From positions 32,001 to 96,000 of the forward strand of contig JAPDKB010000007.1 of NCBI GenBank assembly GCA_029258795.1: DNA of 64,000 bases. Direction: 5' to 3'. Both the position numbers and the translations under genes were made by a program. The stretch comes from an archaeon (GTDB lineage: Archaea > EX4484-52 > WAPT01). The notes under the pieces were generated by a model. It searched no databases. It was not told the DNA's origin and saw only the letters and a list, made by a program, of their open reading frames with translations. Positions 50,001 through 57,585 of the stretch are shown piece by piece (position 1 is the first letter of the stretch; every line of letters begins with the position of its first letter).

Positions 50001-50186
50001 CACAACCATTGTCTCGTTATTGGGACTGATTGACATGGAAGGCATAACTTCATCCATTTCAGTCAGTGTAATTCTGGAAGGGGTCGCAGAAAAAGCTGCT
50101 TGATGTATGTATAGGAACGTTATAGTAATTATTAAAACCAAATAACAGATTCTTCGAATATTGAAAATACGCTGTATTGGGCACAT
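44016..50186 (-). CDS. 2056-aa multidomain Cys-rich cell-surface protein (DUF2341, Ig-like repeats, internal TM, PGF-like C-terminal anchor)
   Basis: N-terminal signal; CGDGIC...CPDDC; WKYRK...SDIRF...IWVK...YYGN (DUF2341); D-x-x-[PK]P...D-x-x-GN repeats; terminal PGIGF-TM-basic tail. Confidence 0.85.
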   Translation of the reverse strand: MCPIQRIFNIRRICYLVLIITITFLYIHQAAFSATPSRITLTEMDEVMPSMSISPNNETMVVWVEQNSETWDIVAAYYSKSFSFDGATISNTSNTTLNQFPSVTYGNGKFLVVWVNRNITSMLNEKAIHYATYSPEEGWTNASVLYIPSNDADISSTTAIFNGTHFVVCWLEFAEVTGMGIVGTMKCSWSSDGDDWNNETEVRIFSSDTSRIVLTYYGGKYILSWIENNVCNVVVGDRLESLKTGGSVVTHNVSNCMVISNSTNLLAIYSHQGDIHYSFYSSTNGWSSSKYITNSTANDEDPFLYYDSSNDIYYVVWRSDREGNDDIYTMQDSTVPIEELEIYQPVCGDGICESGENSETCPDDCKSEWVDPCQDVTCPDKCVGTTYYSDGICDSSTGDCMYLTIIENADICEESTPEPETPPQPPVSVNETVDPCQDVTCPDKCVGTTYYSNGICISTTGECEYLTVVYSSPLCAGVEEDETVEIGAPTETTQPSKETTVTECPDKCVGTTYYSDGYYNVSLNKCVYKTIENNSVKCGWEEKRELTILYPEDAAIYTSSEVKFRAAYTGSVQTCLYSLNNGLNSTLANDTDLWIYPKEGENKLDVYCRYKDGEVIHKSVIFYTRFKEKELETEATELCNNATKLITITITEKKIWHDELNRTYISLEGEVQDTEGTPVPNLKLEIYDGVTNQHVMDVTTDENGEFKATFRAPSYTNKYGEARVDIIYPGGESLKSASVTETLSLKQTGATLPSSAEQAEAKKESKTKERKWWMVLILILLIVVVIYLLIKYISQRKSEGENESGGSVLPPQPYNVPPPFILKITVLLFAFTTIFVTLNSTTAHAAPCSEVGVKWTTARYGPIHPFTSSHGSVGSTYCTTLNSQFTYTETFNFRLNPSDPSCRGCCEYWCYYRPGRDCCTRYRGWYANKIKESGTRWKIRLIGTTEHADCCYGCARCAAVEGELYVNTKKWRVVSIPKCSVRGGYYTAKYHDYWKLHFGTSSRNSCGGCCCCPDGAGLNCEVIVETYADTQPPTLVYFDAGVPTGSGWWNANWKYRKLITITSSTTKEITNYPVKIVFDPSTLISSGKMKSDCSDIRFVTYQGGQKLSYYIEKCTSTQAIIWVKLPKLPAGTNKKTLIYMYYGNPSATSESNGAAVFDFFDDFSSSGFTSFINRVTDCNKGDADTRDVCTTTDTMSTITTKASAYTSPPYGAYLYTGWSGFCGDAGLVRSVTLPSTPAKLKIEFKAKVSGDYWSWLKGVAIEKDGYGYGPKPCIELGGGTHNNVYWLACSHRGWSALRACTNRKDPETGTLYTPPKIPTGWTFFSQDISRYKGQSVRIRLIVMDYSCDWCDMGDHSQWLWVDDIRIRKYISPEPKVSIGAEEKYMQNVVAGWTKSCTYSLNWKCTDNVGLASYPYQLAIYYGGSWHYLSWSTGTTYIFKAQQYDAVRFALRCKDVNGNVGGWWYNPSNGYIRCDYTPPTTYLSKTKKSSSTFEVKLICDDHSPAASGCAATYYCKTTSSTTCNPTTKYTGAFTLTSPEGEVVTWTVCYYSVDKAGNKGTQKCEKIFIDNQPPSTTINPNGVDWTNEDVSVTLKCTDFSGSGCYKTYYKVVKVGEQCPTNINDYSSSQLQSITLTLKCSSSSNYVCQNKICYFSIDKWGNKETTHESNPFKQDIQKPITQRVSSYTPGTWTNQDVEFKLTCNDFAGSGCNRIEYYYATQGQSNVKSVDGGSATIQVTCPDGEVCIDELFYRSVDNAGNKEDWKSVKVFIDKKKPAGSVLVEPEIASTASYINFTITCEDDDSGCTYMELTTNMTTSTCFASASSPTPELSKKCTFRTPTKCEDYGTYGYTLKLKDGSGNRWEIKGTFEVKKASGCACSSNDECFSHVCRLMDRSCAALSEVKGAPSIGGAPTISAGLIIPLNMESYRVPLIIYNLNPVPDNITVCVNNPFGRGARVEVMEYGGMSPSGNCVTFLINANSRRIVFVNIKPLEEGSYYFNVTAKSNVFNEASEPKKIGYTVVSPKAGEAPTEQPGIGFIEMLAVLTLAAITVFRTKKSE
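48643..49080. repeat. three intragenic direct repeats encoding (VDPCQDVT)CPDKCVGTTYYS
   Basis: 48832-48891 and 49021-49080 identical over 60 nt; 48643-48678 is an identical 36-nt partial copy. Confidence 0.92.
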
Positions 50187-50242
50187 GTACGATTTAACTG
50201 CAAGTTGAATTATATAAAAATTTTGTGGGTGGAAGGATTATC

Positions 50243-50497
50243 ATGGAAATGGATACGTTGTTTTCAATCGGACTATTTTTTATATTACTTGGAATTCTAA
50301 TCATTATTTTCAGCATTGTTCTGGGGGTTTCTAAAGGAGAAGAAAATGTGAAGGCAGAGGGCGCTTTCATCGGTTTTATTGGCCCCATACCTATAGTCAT
50401 AGGCACGAGCAAACAGGCAATCATTACGGCCCTGCTCTTTTTCGGGGTTATGGTGGTGCTGTGGGTGTTGCTGCTGAGAAATCACGGTGTGTGGTGA
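50243..50497 (+). CDS. DUF131/TIGR00304 family membrane protein
   Basis: Two TMs around G.FIGFIGPIPIVIGT. Confidence 0.85.
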   Translation: MEMDTLFSIGLFFILLGILIIIFSIVLGVSKGEENVKAEGAFIGFIGPIPIVIGTSKQAIITALLFFGVMVVLWVLLLRNHGVW

Positions 50498-50888
50498 GTG
50501 TGTGCGCAAAAAATTCGTGGTGGTGAGGAACACGACCAAAAAGCTTGAGCTAAAGGGCGTGGAGGTGGCAAGCAACATTTTCCAGCTCACCAGGGGGTTG
50601 ATGTTTCGGAATGAGGGAAGCATGCTTCTCGATTTTGGTGTTGAATGCAAACCCGGAATCTGGATGCTGTTCATGCGTTATCCGCTGATGCTTGCATTTG
50701 TTAGCGCTGATGGGGAGGTAAAGGGAGTTGTGAAGCATGCCCCACCCATCACCTTTGATCCGAGAACGTGGAAAGTATTTTATCCTCCCACAAAAATAAG
50801 ATACGTGCTGGAAGTTGATGTTCGTGCGGTTGAGCGTGGTGAATTTAATGCTGATGTGGGGGATGTGCTGGAATTTCTGCCTTCCTGA
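50487..50888 (+). CDS. DUF192 family protein
   Basis: EVA...RGLMFR, IWMLFMRYPL, YVLEV. Confidence 0.85.
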   Translation: MCGECVRKKFVVVRNTTKKLELKGVEVASNIFQLTRGLMFRNEGSMLLDFGVECKPGIWMLFMRYPLMLAFVSADGEVKGVVKHAPPITFDPRTWKVFYPPTKIRYVLEVDVRAVERGEFNADVGDVLEFLPS

Positions 50889-50944
50889 AAGCGCGGAGAA
50901 CCATTTTTAAAAGTTGTGCTCCATCTTTATTCCTCGTGCGACTT

Positions 50945-51067
50945 GGGGCCGTGGGGTAGCTTGGCCAGCCTTCCGGCTTCGGGTGCCGGCGACCCCGGTT
51001 CAAATGCCGCGGAGCAAGCTCCTTGTTTCCAGTTACTTCGCGGCTGAGAATCCGGGCGGCCCCACCA
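50945..51067 (+). tRNA. tRNA-Pro(CGG), CCA encoded, 46-nt intron (51005-51050) in the T-loop
   Basis: GGGGCCG/CGGCCCC acceptor, CCGGC-TTCGGGT-GCCGG anticodon arm, strict BHB TTCA-AAT / TGAG-AAT; TATA ~50904-50912. Confidence 0.93.
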
Positions 51068-51087
51068 CAAAAGATTTGGAGGTGTGC

Positions 51088-53376
51088 TTACTTCTTGAAA
51101 AGCCTGTGTCTGTGCTTGAGAAGGTCGAGAAATGCCATTCTTTCGTATCTTGCCACCAGATACTTGACGTGCTTCAGCTTATCCCTCTCCACAAAAATGC
51201 AATCCACTCCGTGATCCACCAGCAACCTGATGACATCCACGGATTCAACAGCCCTGCCGCTGATCATCACCTTGAAGCCATTACTGTTGAAGTGGGAAAT
51301 GCCAGCAGACAACATGTTCATGAAACCTTTATGGGAAGAGAGGTGTGTTATTGCATCATACCTCACATTCTGAAAAGCTGATCTGAGCAATGCATCAACA
51401 TCGATCAACACTTGATTTATGCTCGCTTTCTTCAGCAATTCGCCCATGAAAAGGGATGCTGGCCTGTCTATCAGCACAGTTACATTTGTTCTTACCCTCC
51501 CAATATTACTGTTCTTTATGGCTGAAGCAATCGTTTCAAACTCATGCGGCAGCAAGAATGATGGAAGCACCACACCCACGTTTCTGAAACCCTTCATGAT
51601 AACATTGGCCACGCTGTTCAGCTCCGCCATCAGGAAATTTCCCGCATCAACGGGATGCAGCTGAACCCATACAGGAAGAGAGGATTCATCCTTGATTATT
51701 CTGGAAAGCAGGGCACTCAATCTCGATACCAAACCGCCTCCATCCGATGAAATTCCTCCGTTCATGCTTTCTCCACCAAAGCCCATGCCTGCACCAAAAT
51801 GAACGCTTTCTCCATACATTGCACTCTCCATAACTTCTCTGCTCACAAGGAACGCTTCCCCTCCTGGAGCTGATCTAATGGTGAAGTTGGGGTGCGGAAT
51901 CACAACTCCAACCTTCACCGCAGTGATCAAATCTTCCATATGGCTGGTGGAGGGAACGACTTCTGTAACATCAGCATGCGAAATAGCATCAGTCATGGAG
52001 ATTGTGCTGAACTCCTCCCTCTCCCTAAGGAGTTTCACGGAATTCTCTGCAGGGTCTATGATAATTTTTGTTCCTTCCGTAATTTCATCTTCCATTAGAG
52101 CTACGCCTTTCTTCAGGTATGATGCGAAGAGCACGGATCTGGATGTGATATTAGCTGCTTTTGTAACTATTCCGTTCAGTTTGTGTAGAGCTATGACGAA
52201 ACCTCTGGATAAATGAGGTACAAATGCTATGCTCCCGTCCAATTCTTCCCTCTGCACCTCCGCTTCAGAAGACACGTGCACCACGATTCCCTCAGCATTC
52301 CATGGTGTAAGGCAAGCAGCTCTTACTTTCCTTTCCTCTTCCCCACTCGCGTCACTCTCCACAGAGTGCCGTGCAACACTCATTGCGCCTGATTTCAAAA
52401 ACGGCAAAGGTGTTACTGACACCACCTGTGCTTTCTCACGCTGGAACACCACATCCACCAGGCAGGAGTCATCTACCGTGCTGCTGATCCTGTCCAGAAT
52501 CTCGTGCACTTTTTTCAGCTCCTCCTCATCAAGCGCCGCTGATCTCTCCAGCGAGCCGTTGAGCGCTTCCCTCCTTATTTCCGTTCTTATAGGATCGGCA
52601 GCATACAGATACCTTTTTTCCCTTACAACTCTTTCTTCCACCTCACCGCTCTCCTTGGAAATCACGAAAAAATCCGCCACGAATTCATTCTCAAAGATGG
52701 GTACGCTGAATCCATAGCATGCTTCAATAACGAACTTGGAGGTACCCTTGGTGGGGTGGAAGGTAAGGGCTCTGCATGATTTTTCGGCATTTACCATTTC
52801 CTGCACAACCACGCTTATCTTGAAGGGGTTTGCACCCATCTTCTTGAGCATGTAAATGTTCTCCGCCTGAAAAGCATCCATCCATGCCCGCATCACGGCA
52901 TTTTTCAGGGTGTTGAGACCCCTTACGTTAAACACAGGTCTTGAAAATACGAAAGGCGCATCCCCAAATACCAGCTTCACAACTACTTTAGAATCGCCTC
53001 TTGCAGCAGAAACGAGGCTCTTTATCTTCTCGCTAAGCTCATAAACATCATCATGCATGCTCATCCGCTGATACGCTTCCTTCAGCTCTGCTGTCAGCCA
53101 CTCAGGGAACTTTGCGGAGAATATGGTTCGCTGCATCCTTTTCGATATATTGTCCAGAGCCATTACATCTTCTTCATCAAGATTGCGGTAATCATCCTGC
53201 AAACTCTGCCCTATACCCGCTTCCTTTATAAAGCGGTAAAAAGCCGCAGGTGTGATTATGAAGCAGTTGGGAACGTCAACACCCGCTTTTTTGCACTCCA
53301 CCAATTTAACTATCTTCTCTCCCAGAAATTCTCTGTGCTTTTCCTCCACATCTTTCAGCCAGAGTATGCTGCTCAT
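51088..53376 (-). CDS. PEP synthase (PpsA/PPDK)-like protein, catalytic motifs degenerate
   Basis: Three-domain layout recognisable (VPNCFIIT, SVVVQEMVNAEKS, IEACYG, EGTKIIID); His loop reads ITSRS instead of TSHA. Confidence 0.75.
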   Translation of the reverse strand: MSSILWLKDVEEKHREFLGEKIVKLVECKKAGVDVPNCFIITPAAFYRFIKEAGIGQSLQDDYRNLDEEDVMALDNISKRMQRTIFSAKFPEWLTAELKEAYQRMSMHDDVYELSEKIKSLVSAARGDSKVVVKLVFGDAPFVFSRPVFNVRGLNTLKNAVMRAWMDAFQAENIYMLKKMGANPFKISVVVQEMVNAEKSCRALTFHPTKGTSKFVIEACYGFSVPIFENEFVADFFVISKESGEVEERVVREKRYLYAADPIRTEIRREALNGSLERSAALDEEELKKVHEILDRISSTVDDSCLVDVVFQREKAQVVSVTPLPFLKSGAMSVARHSVESDASGEEERKVRAACLTPWNAEGIVVHVSSEAEVQREELDGSIAFVPHLSRGFVIALHKLNGIVTKAANITSRSVLFASYLKKGVALMEDEITEGTKIIIDPAENSVKLLREREEFSTISMTDAISHADVTEVVPSTSHMEDLITAVKVGVVIPHPNFTIRSAPGGEAFLVSREVMESAMYGESVHFGAGMGFGGESMNGGISSDGGGLVSRLSALLSRIIKDESSLPVWVQLHPVDAGNFLMAELNSVANVIMKGFRNVGVVLPSFLLPHEFETIASAIKNSNIGRVRTNVTVLIDRPASLFMGELLKKASINQVLIDVDALLRSAFQNVRYDAITHLSSHKGFMNMLSAGISHFNSNGFKVMISGRAVESVDVIRLLVDHGVDCIFVERDKLKHVKYLVARYERMAFLDLLKHRHRLFKK

Positions 53377-53456
53377 GAATCTCGCCTTGTAAAGAGAGAT
53401 GGAACTCTGCATAATTTATGGTGGGAATTCTATTAAAATTTGGTGGTGGTTTCAGC

Positions 53457-53777
53457 TCAAATCACACTTTCCAATTTCCTCAATCTTTCATAGAACTCTC
53501 TACCCATGTCAGTTAAATGATATTTTTTCTTATCTCCATTTTCTTCACAATACACCAATCCCAAATCAGCAAATCTATTGAGGAATTTTCTCACACCCGA
53601 ATGTTCCAAATATCTTCCGTCCTTCTTCCGTATTTCTGTAATAGTTAAGCCCTCACCGTTCATCCTATAGAGTCGCTCCATAACATACCTTCCTGTATCA
53701 CTCGCCATTAATTTCAACGATTCCATTAATTTTCGGTAACTTTCCTCATCTTTACTCAGCAAGAAATCACCCCCCAT
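53457..53777 (-). CDS. winged-helix DNA-binding protein
   Basis: LTITEI...GVRKFLNRFADLGLV...KKKYHLTDMG. Confidence 0.7.
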   Translation of the reverse strand: MGGDFLLSKDEESYRKLMESLKLMASDTGRYVMERLYRMNGEGLTITEIRKKDGRYLEHSGVRKFLNRFADLGLVYCEENGDKKKYHLTDMGREFYERLRKLESVI

Positions 53778-53786
53778 GCGGCTTTC

Positions 53787-54755
53787 TTATTCCAGATAGA
53801 TATGGCCGAAAACCTTCGTCCAGATCCATGGATCTTCAGTTTCCGCTTCCTCCCTATACCTTATCATGAGATCAAGCTTGGCATCCATCTCATCCGCGAG
53901 ATGTACGGCCATTGCTTCCGGCAATTGAGGAGTTTTGGGCGAGCCGTAGTGGTTCTTGCCGTGATGGCTGAGAATGATGTGCAATACCTTCAGCATGAGG
54001 TTTTCAGGAAAATCGGGCAGGGCTCTTATTTTCTGGAGCACCATATCCTTGCCGAGCACTATGTGGCCGAGAAGCATGCCTTCACGCGATACATCGATGC
54101 TTGTCGTTATCTCAAACTCTTTCACCTTGCCAACATCATGCAGCAATGCCCCCGCCAGCAATAAATCCCTATCCATGTTCGGATGAATGGAATGAATGGC
54201 AGCGCATATCTTCGCCACATTGACCGTGTGCTCCATCAGCCCGCCTATGTAGTTCTGGTGGTAGTGCATGGCAGCAGGCGCTTTTCTGAACTCTTTCATG
54301 AAGTTCTCATCCCTGAAAAAAGCATTGAGAAGCGAGCTTAAATGGCGATTTTTCACCTCGTCCACGAAGCTCAGAAGCTCCCTCTCAAGCTCTTTCATGT
54401 CCTTCGGGCAGATGCCAACAAAATCCTCTATGTCGTATTCATATTTACTCACCCTGCGCAGCAAATCCTTTGAGTCCATGTTTATTTCCATCCTGTCCCT
54501 GTACTGCACCACCGTGCCGGTTATGTGCACAACATCCCCATTTGAGAAGGAGCTGTAAATCCTCATCACCTCCTCCCTGCTTGCTGAACCCCAGTATTTG
54601 GCGGTGATCTCTCCGGTCTTATCGCTCAACCTCATCTCAAAATAGTATCCCGACTCGTATGGCTTCGGAGGTTTTTTGAACTTGACTGCAAAGAAATCAT
54701 TCACCTGCTCCCCATCCTTGAGCTTGTTTACGAACTGGTGCTTTCGCCTCGTCAT
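53787..54755 (-). CDS. YhaM/Cbf1-like OB-fold plus HD 3'-5' exoribonuclease
   Basis: LSDKTGEI..KYW (OB), PAAMHYHQ..GGLMEH, LLHDVGK, ILSHHG, HLADEMDA. Confidence 0.9.
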   Translation of the reverse strand: MTRRKHQFVNKLKDGEQVNDFFAVKFKKPPKPYESGYYFEMRLSDKTGEITAKYWGSASREEVMRIYSSFSNGDVVHITGTVVQYRDRMEINMDSKDLLRRVSKYEYDIEDFVGICPKDMKELERELLSFVDEVKNRHLSSLLNAFFRDENFMKEFRKAPAAMHYHQNYIGGLMEHTVNVAKICAAIHSIHPNMDRDLLLAGALLHDVGKVKEFEITTSIDVSREGMLLGHIVLGKDMVLQKIRALPDFPENLMLKVLHIILSHHGKNHYGSPKTPQLPEAMAVHLADEMDAKLDLMIRYREEAETEDPWIWTKVFGHIYLE

Positions 54756-54813
54756 CCTGTCATGAATTTACGGTGGGAAAACTTAAAAAAGTCATGAAGC
54801 AGAGAAGAATGTC

Positions 54814-55197
54814 ATGCATCCGTACTTTGGCATGATTCACGGAATGGCGATGCTGTCAGCCAATTATATTGTTATGGAGCTTGTTATTGCAATAATTCAG
54901 GTTTTTGCGATTTATATTGCCTGCAAACTTCTGGACATAGATACCTCTTTTGGTTCCGTCATCGTTTTTGTGATAATGGTGTCATTGGTTAAAGGGCTCG
55001 CTCAGTTTGTTTTCGGCGCACTCGGCAGTATTGGAGGTCTTTTCCTTGAGCTGTTCATAGCAAAGCATTACTTTGACATTTCGTGGTTTAAAGCGTTTGC
55101 TCTGTTTCTTGTGAGCGTGATGGTTGTGTTTGTGCTGAGCATGCTAGGTATAGCTGCGGTCATTGCCGCGAGCATCATTTCCTCTTTATCGGTTTGA
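54814..55197 (+). CDS. hypothetical membrane protein (~4 TM)
   Basis: Hydrophobic throughout, two similar halves. Confidence 0.65.
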   Translation: MHPYFGMIHGMAMLSANYIVMELVIAIIQVFAIYIACKLLDIDTSFGSVIVFVIMVSLVKGLAQFVFGALGSIGGLFLELFIAKHYFDISWFKAFALFLVSVMVVFVLSMLGIAAVIAASIISSLSV

Positions 55198-55206
55198 CGG
55201 TGGTGT

Positions 55207-55911
55207 GTGGTGGAACAGAAAGGAAAGGACGGGGATATCATCCTTGGAATAGATGAAGCCGGCCGTGGCCCTCTGCTCGGGCCGATGATCATAGCAGGAG
55301 TGGAAATTGAAAGGAAGGATGAAGATAAACTGGTGGAGCTGGGTGTGAAGGACTCGAAGCTGCTCTCTCACACTTCACGGCTCAGATGCTATGCCGAGAT
55401 CATGAAGATAGCGAAGGCCGTGCATGTCATCAAAATCCAGCCGAAGGAGCTGGACGAGAAGATGGCATTCATGTCCATCAACAGGGTGGAGATGCAGGCC
55501 ATGGCAAAGATAATCAACAGCTCGAAAGCAGGCGTTGTCTATATCGATCTGCCGTCCAACGGCAAGAATTTTGTGCCGGCGCTAAGAGCAAGGCTGAAGA
55601 GGGATGTTGAAATTGTGGCTGAGCATAAAGCCGATGCGAAGTATCCTGTAGTGAGCGCTGCTTCCATCGTTGCGAAGTGCGTGAGAGAAGAGGAGATGGA
55701 CAAGATAAGGAACAAGTACAAGCAGTACGGAGATATCGGATCCGGCTATCCTGCAGATGAAAGAACGATGCGCTTCGTGGAGGAGTATTACAGGAGAGAG
55801 GGTAAGTTTCCGGAAGAAGCAAGAATGAGCTGGTCAACCACAAAGGACATCAAGAATAAGCATGCTCAAAAAACTCTATTCGATGCACGCTCTGATGAAT
55901 CCAAGGAATAA
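55207..55911 (+). CDS. rnhB: ribonuclease HII
   Basis: GIDEAGRGP, DSK, VSAASIVAK, GSGYP; C-terminal PIP box QKTLFD. Confidence 0.96.
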   Translation: MVEQKGKDGDIILGIDEAGRGPLLGPMIIAGVEIERKDEDKLVELGVKDSKLLSHTSRLRCYAEIMKIAKAVHVIKIQPKELDEKMAFMSINRVEMQAMAKIINSSKAGVVYIDLPSNGKNFVPALRARLKRDVEIVAEHKADAKYPVVSAASIVAKCVREEEMDKIRNKYKQYGDIGSGYPADERTMRFVEEYYRREGKFPEEARMSWSTTKDIKNKHAQKTLFDARSDESKE

Positions 55912-57492
55912 TGGGTGTGGGTTTAGCGGGCGGCTCTTGAATTCCGGATGTGCCTGCGTTGCCACAAAGAATTTGTGGTTAGGGAGCTCGAGAAACTCCA
56001 TGAGTATGCCATCCGGACTCTTGCCAGAGAACACGAGGCCGTGCTTCTCCAGCACCTCCACATATTTCGGGTTGACCTCATATCTATGGCGGTGTCTTTC
56101 GGAAACTTCCTTTTTTCCGTAGAGCTTGTGCACAAGCGTGCCTTCTTTAAGCACGGCTGGCCACGCTCCCAATCGCATGGTTGCGCCGTACATCTTTTTC
56201 TCTATGAGCTCCTTCTGCTCCGGAATGATGTCCACCACCGGATGTGGTGTGTCCGGATCAACTTCTGTTGTGTGTGCTCCCTCAAGCTTGCACACGTTTC
56301 TTGCAAATTCAACCACAGCCAGCTGCATTCCGAAACATAAGCCAAGGAAAGGTACGTTGTTCTCCCTGCAGTACCTTATGGCCTCTATCTTGCCCCCCAC
56401 ACCGGTTGTGCCAAAGCCCCCGGGCACGATGATACCATCAAATCCCTTCAGCAGGGCTGCCGCTCCCCTCTTCTCAATTTCGGTGGAGGACACCTGCTTT
56501 ATCTCCGGTTTGAGCTCGAGATGATAAGCGGCATGTTTTATCGCTTCCATTACGGATATGTAAACGTCCTTGTGCTCAGCGCTTCCGTAAGCGACGTATT
56601 TGCCCACTATACCCACCCTTACGGGCTTTTTTGCCCTGTCTATCTTTGCCACGAACTCGCGCCACGGTTGCATCTCGTCCTTTCTCTTCTCCAGCCCGAG
56701 TTTTTTCAGAATCTTGGTTATGAGATTCTGCTCCTCGAACAACAACGGCAGCCTGTAGATGGAATCCAGATCGGGATCATCTATTATGTGGTCCTTCGGT
56801 ATGAAGCAGCTTCTGGCTATTTTTTCCCTTCTCGGCTCATCCAGTCCTGTTTCGGAGCGCACCACCACGAAATCCGGAAAGATGCCCGTCTCTCTGAGCT
56901 TTGCTATCGCATGCTGAGTGGGCTTGGTTTTCAACTCGCCCACATTCTTCAAGAGTGGTGCATAGGTAACCATGACCGCCACGGAAGGGTACTCGTTCAT
57001 CAAGCTCCTTATGGCAAAGAGAAACACGAGGTTCTCTATGTCTCCCGTCGTGCCGCCAACCTCAACTATGGAAACATCATAACCCTGTGAAGCTTCCAGA
57101 ATCCTTCTCTTTGCTTCATTCATCACATCCGGGATGATCTGCACGTCTCTGCCCCCATATTCAAGTGCACGCTCCCTCTTTATCACCTCAAGATAAACCT
57201 GCCCTGTCGTTATGTTGTTTTTCTTCGGAAGGTTCATGTTGAGAAATCTCTCATATGTGCCCAAGTCCTGATCTATCTCGCCACCATCATCGGTGACAAA
57301 AACCTCTCCATGCTCCGTCGGTCTCATCGTGCCCGCATCTATGTTCACATACGGATCTATCTTGATGGCAGTGACTTTGTAACCGTATGCCTGAATCACC
57401 TTGGCTATGGAAGCTGTCACCACACCCTTACCCAGTCCGGAGAGCACACCCCCTATTACAAAAACAAAGCGTGGCCACTCTTTCGTACTCAT
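55876..57492 (-). CDS. pyrG: CTP synthase
   Basis: GGVLSGLGKG, KTKPTQ, GLCFGMQ, RHRHRYE, HPEF. Confidence 0.97.
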   Translation of the reverse strand: MSTKEWPRFVFVIGGVLSGLGKGVVTASIAKVIQAYGYKVTAIKIDPYVNIDAGTMRPTEHGEVFVTDDGGEIDQDLGTYERFLNMNLPKKNNITTGQVYLEVIKRERALEYGGRDVQIIPDVMNEAKRRILEASQGYDVSIVEVGGTTGDIENLVFLFAIRSLMNEYPSVAVMVTYAPLLKNVGELKTKPTQHAIAKLRETGIFPDFVVVRSETGLDEPRREKIARSCFIPKDHIIDDPDLDSIYRLPLLFEEQNLITKILKKLGLEKRKDEMQPWREFVAKIDRAKKPVRVGIVGKYVAYGSAEHKDVYISVMEAIKHAAYHLELKPEIKQVSSTEIEKRGAAALLKGFDGIIVPGGFGTTGVGGKIEAIRYCRENNVPFLGLCFGMQLAVVEFARNVCKLEGAHTTEVDPDTPHPVVDIIPEQKELIEKKMYGATMRLGAWPAVLKEGTLVHKLYGKKEVSERHRHRYEVNPKYVEVLEKHGLVFSGKSPDGILMEFLELPNHKFFVATQAHPEFKSRPLNPHPLFLGFIRACIE

Positions 57493-57585
57493 TTCCTGCG
57501 CACCGTTGTTCCTCTTTCCCGGTGATGAAACACCTGAAGAATTCATACGTTATGTAAGAGACCGTTAAATTTAATAAGATGTTCA

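Noticed and set aside
32097-51090. Possible integrated element bounded by tRNA-Arg or tRNA-Pro
   Set aside because: No duplicated tRNA 3' end noticed, no integrase, and the interval is mostly core genes
50914-51381. ORFs 50914..51381 and 51023..51214
   Set aside because: They overlap tRNA-Pro and the 3' end of the PpsA-like gene; no coding signal
57522-57537. GTGATGA-AACAC-CTGA box C/box D pair upstream of pyrG (plus strand)
   Set aside because: Spacer too short for a guide, no convincing flanking stem or second box pair, and antisense to the pyrG leader
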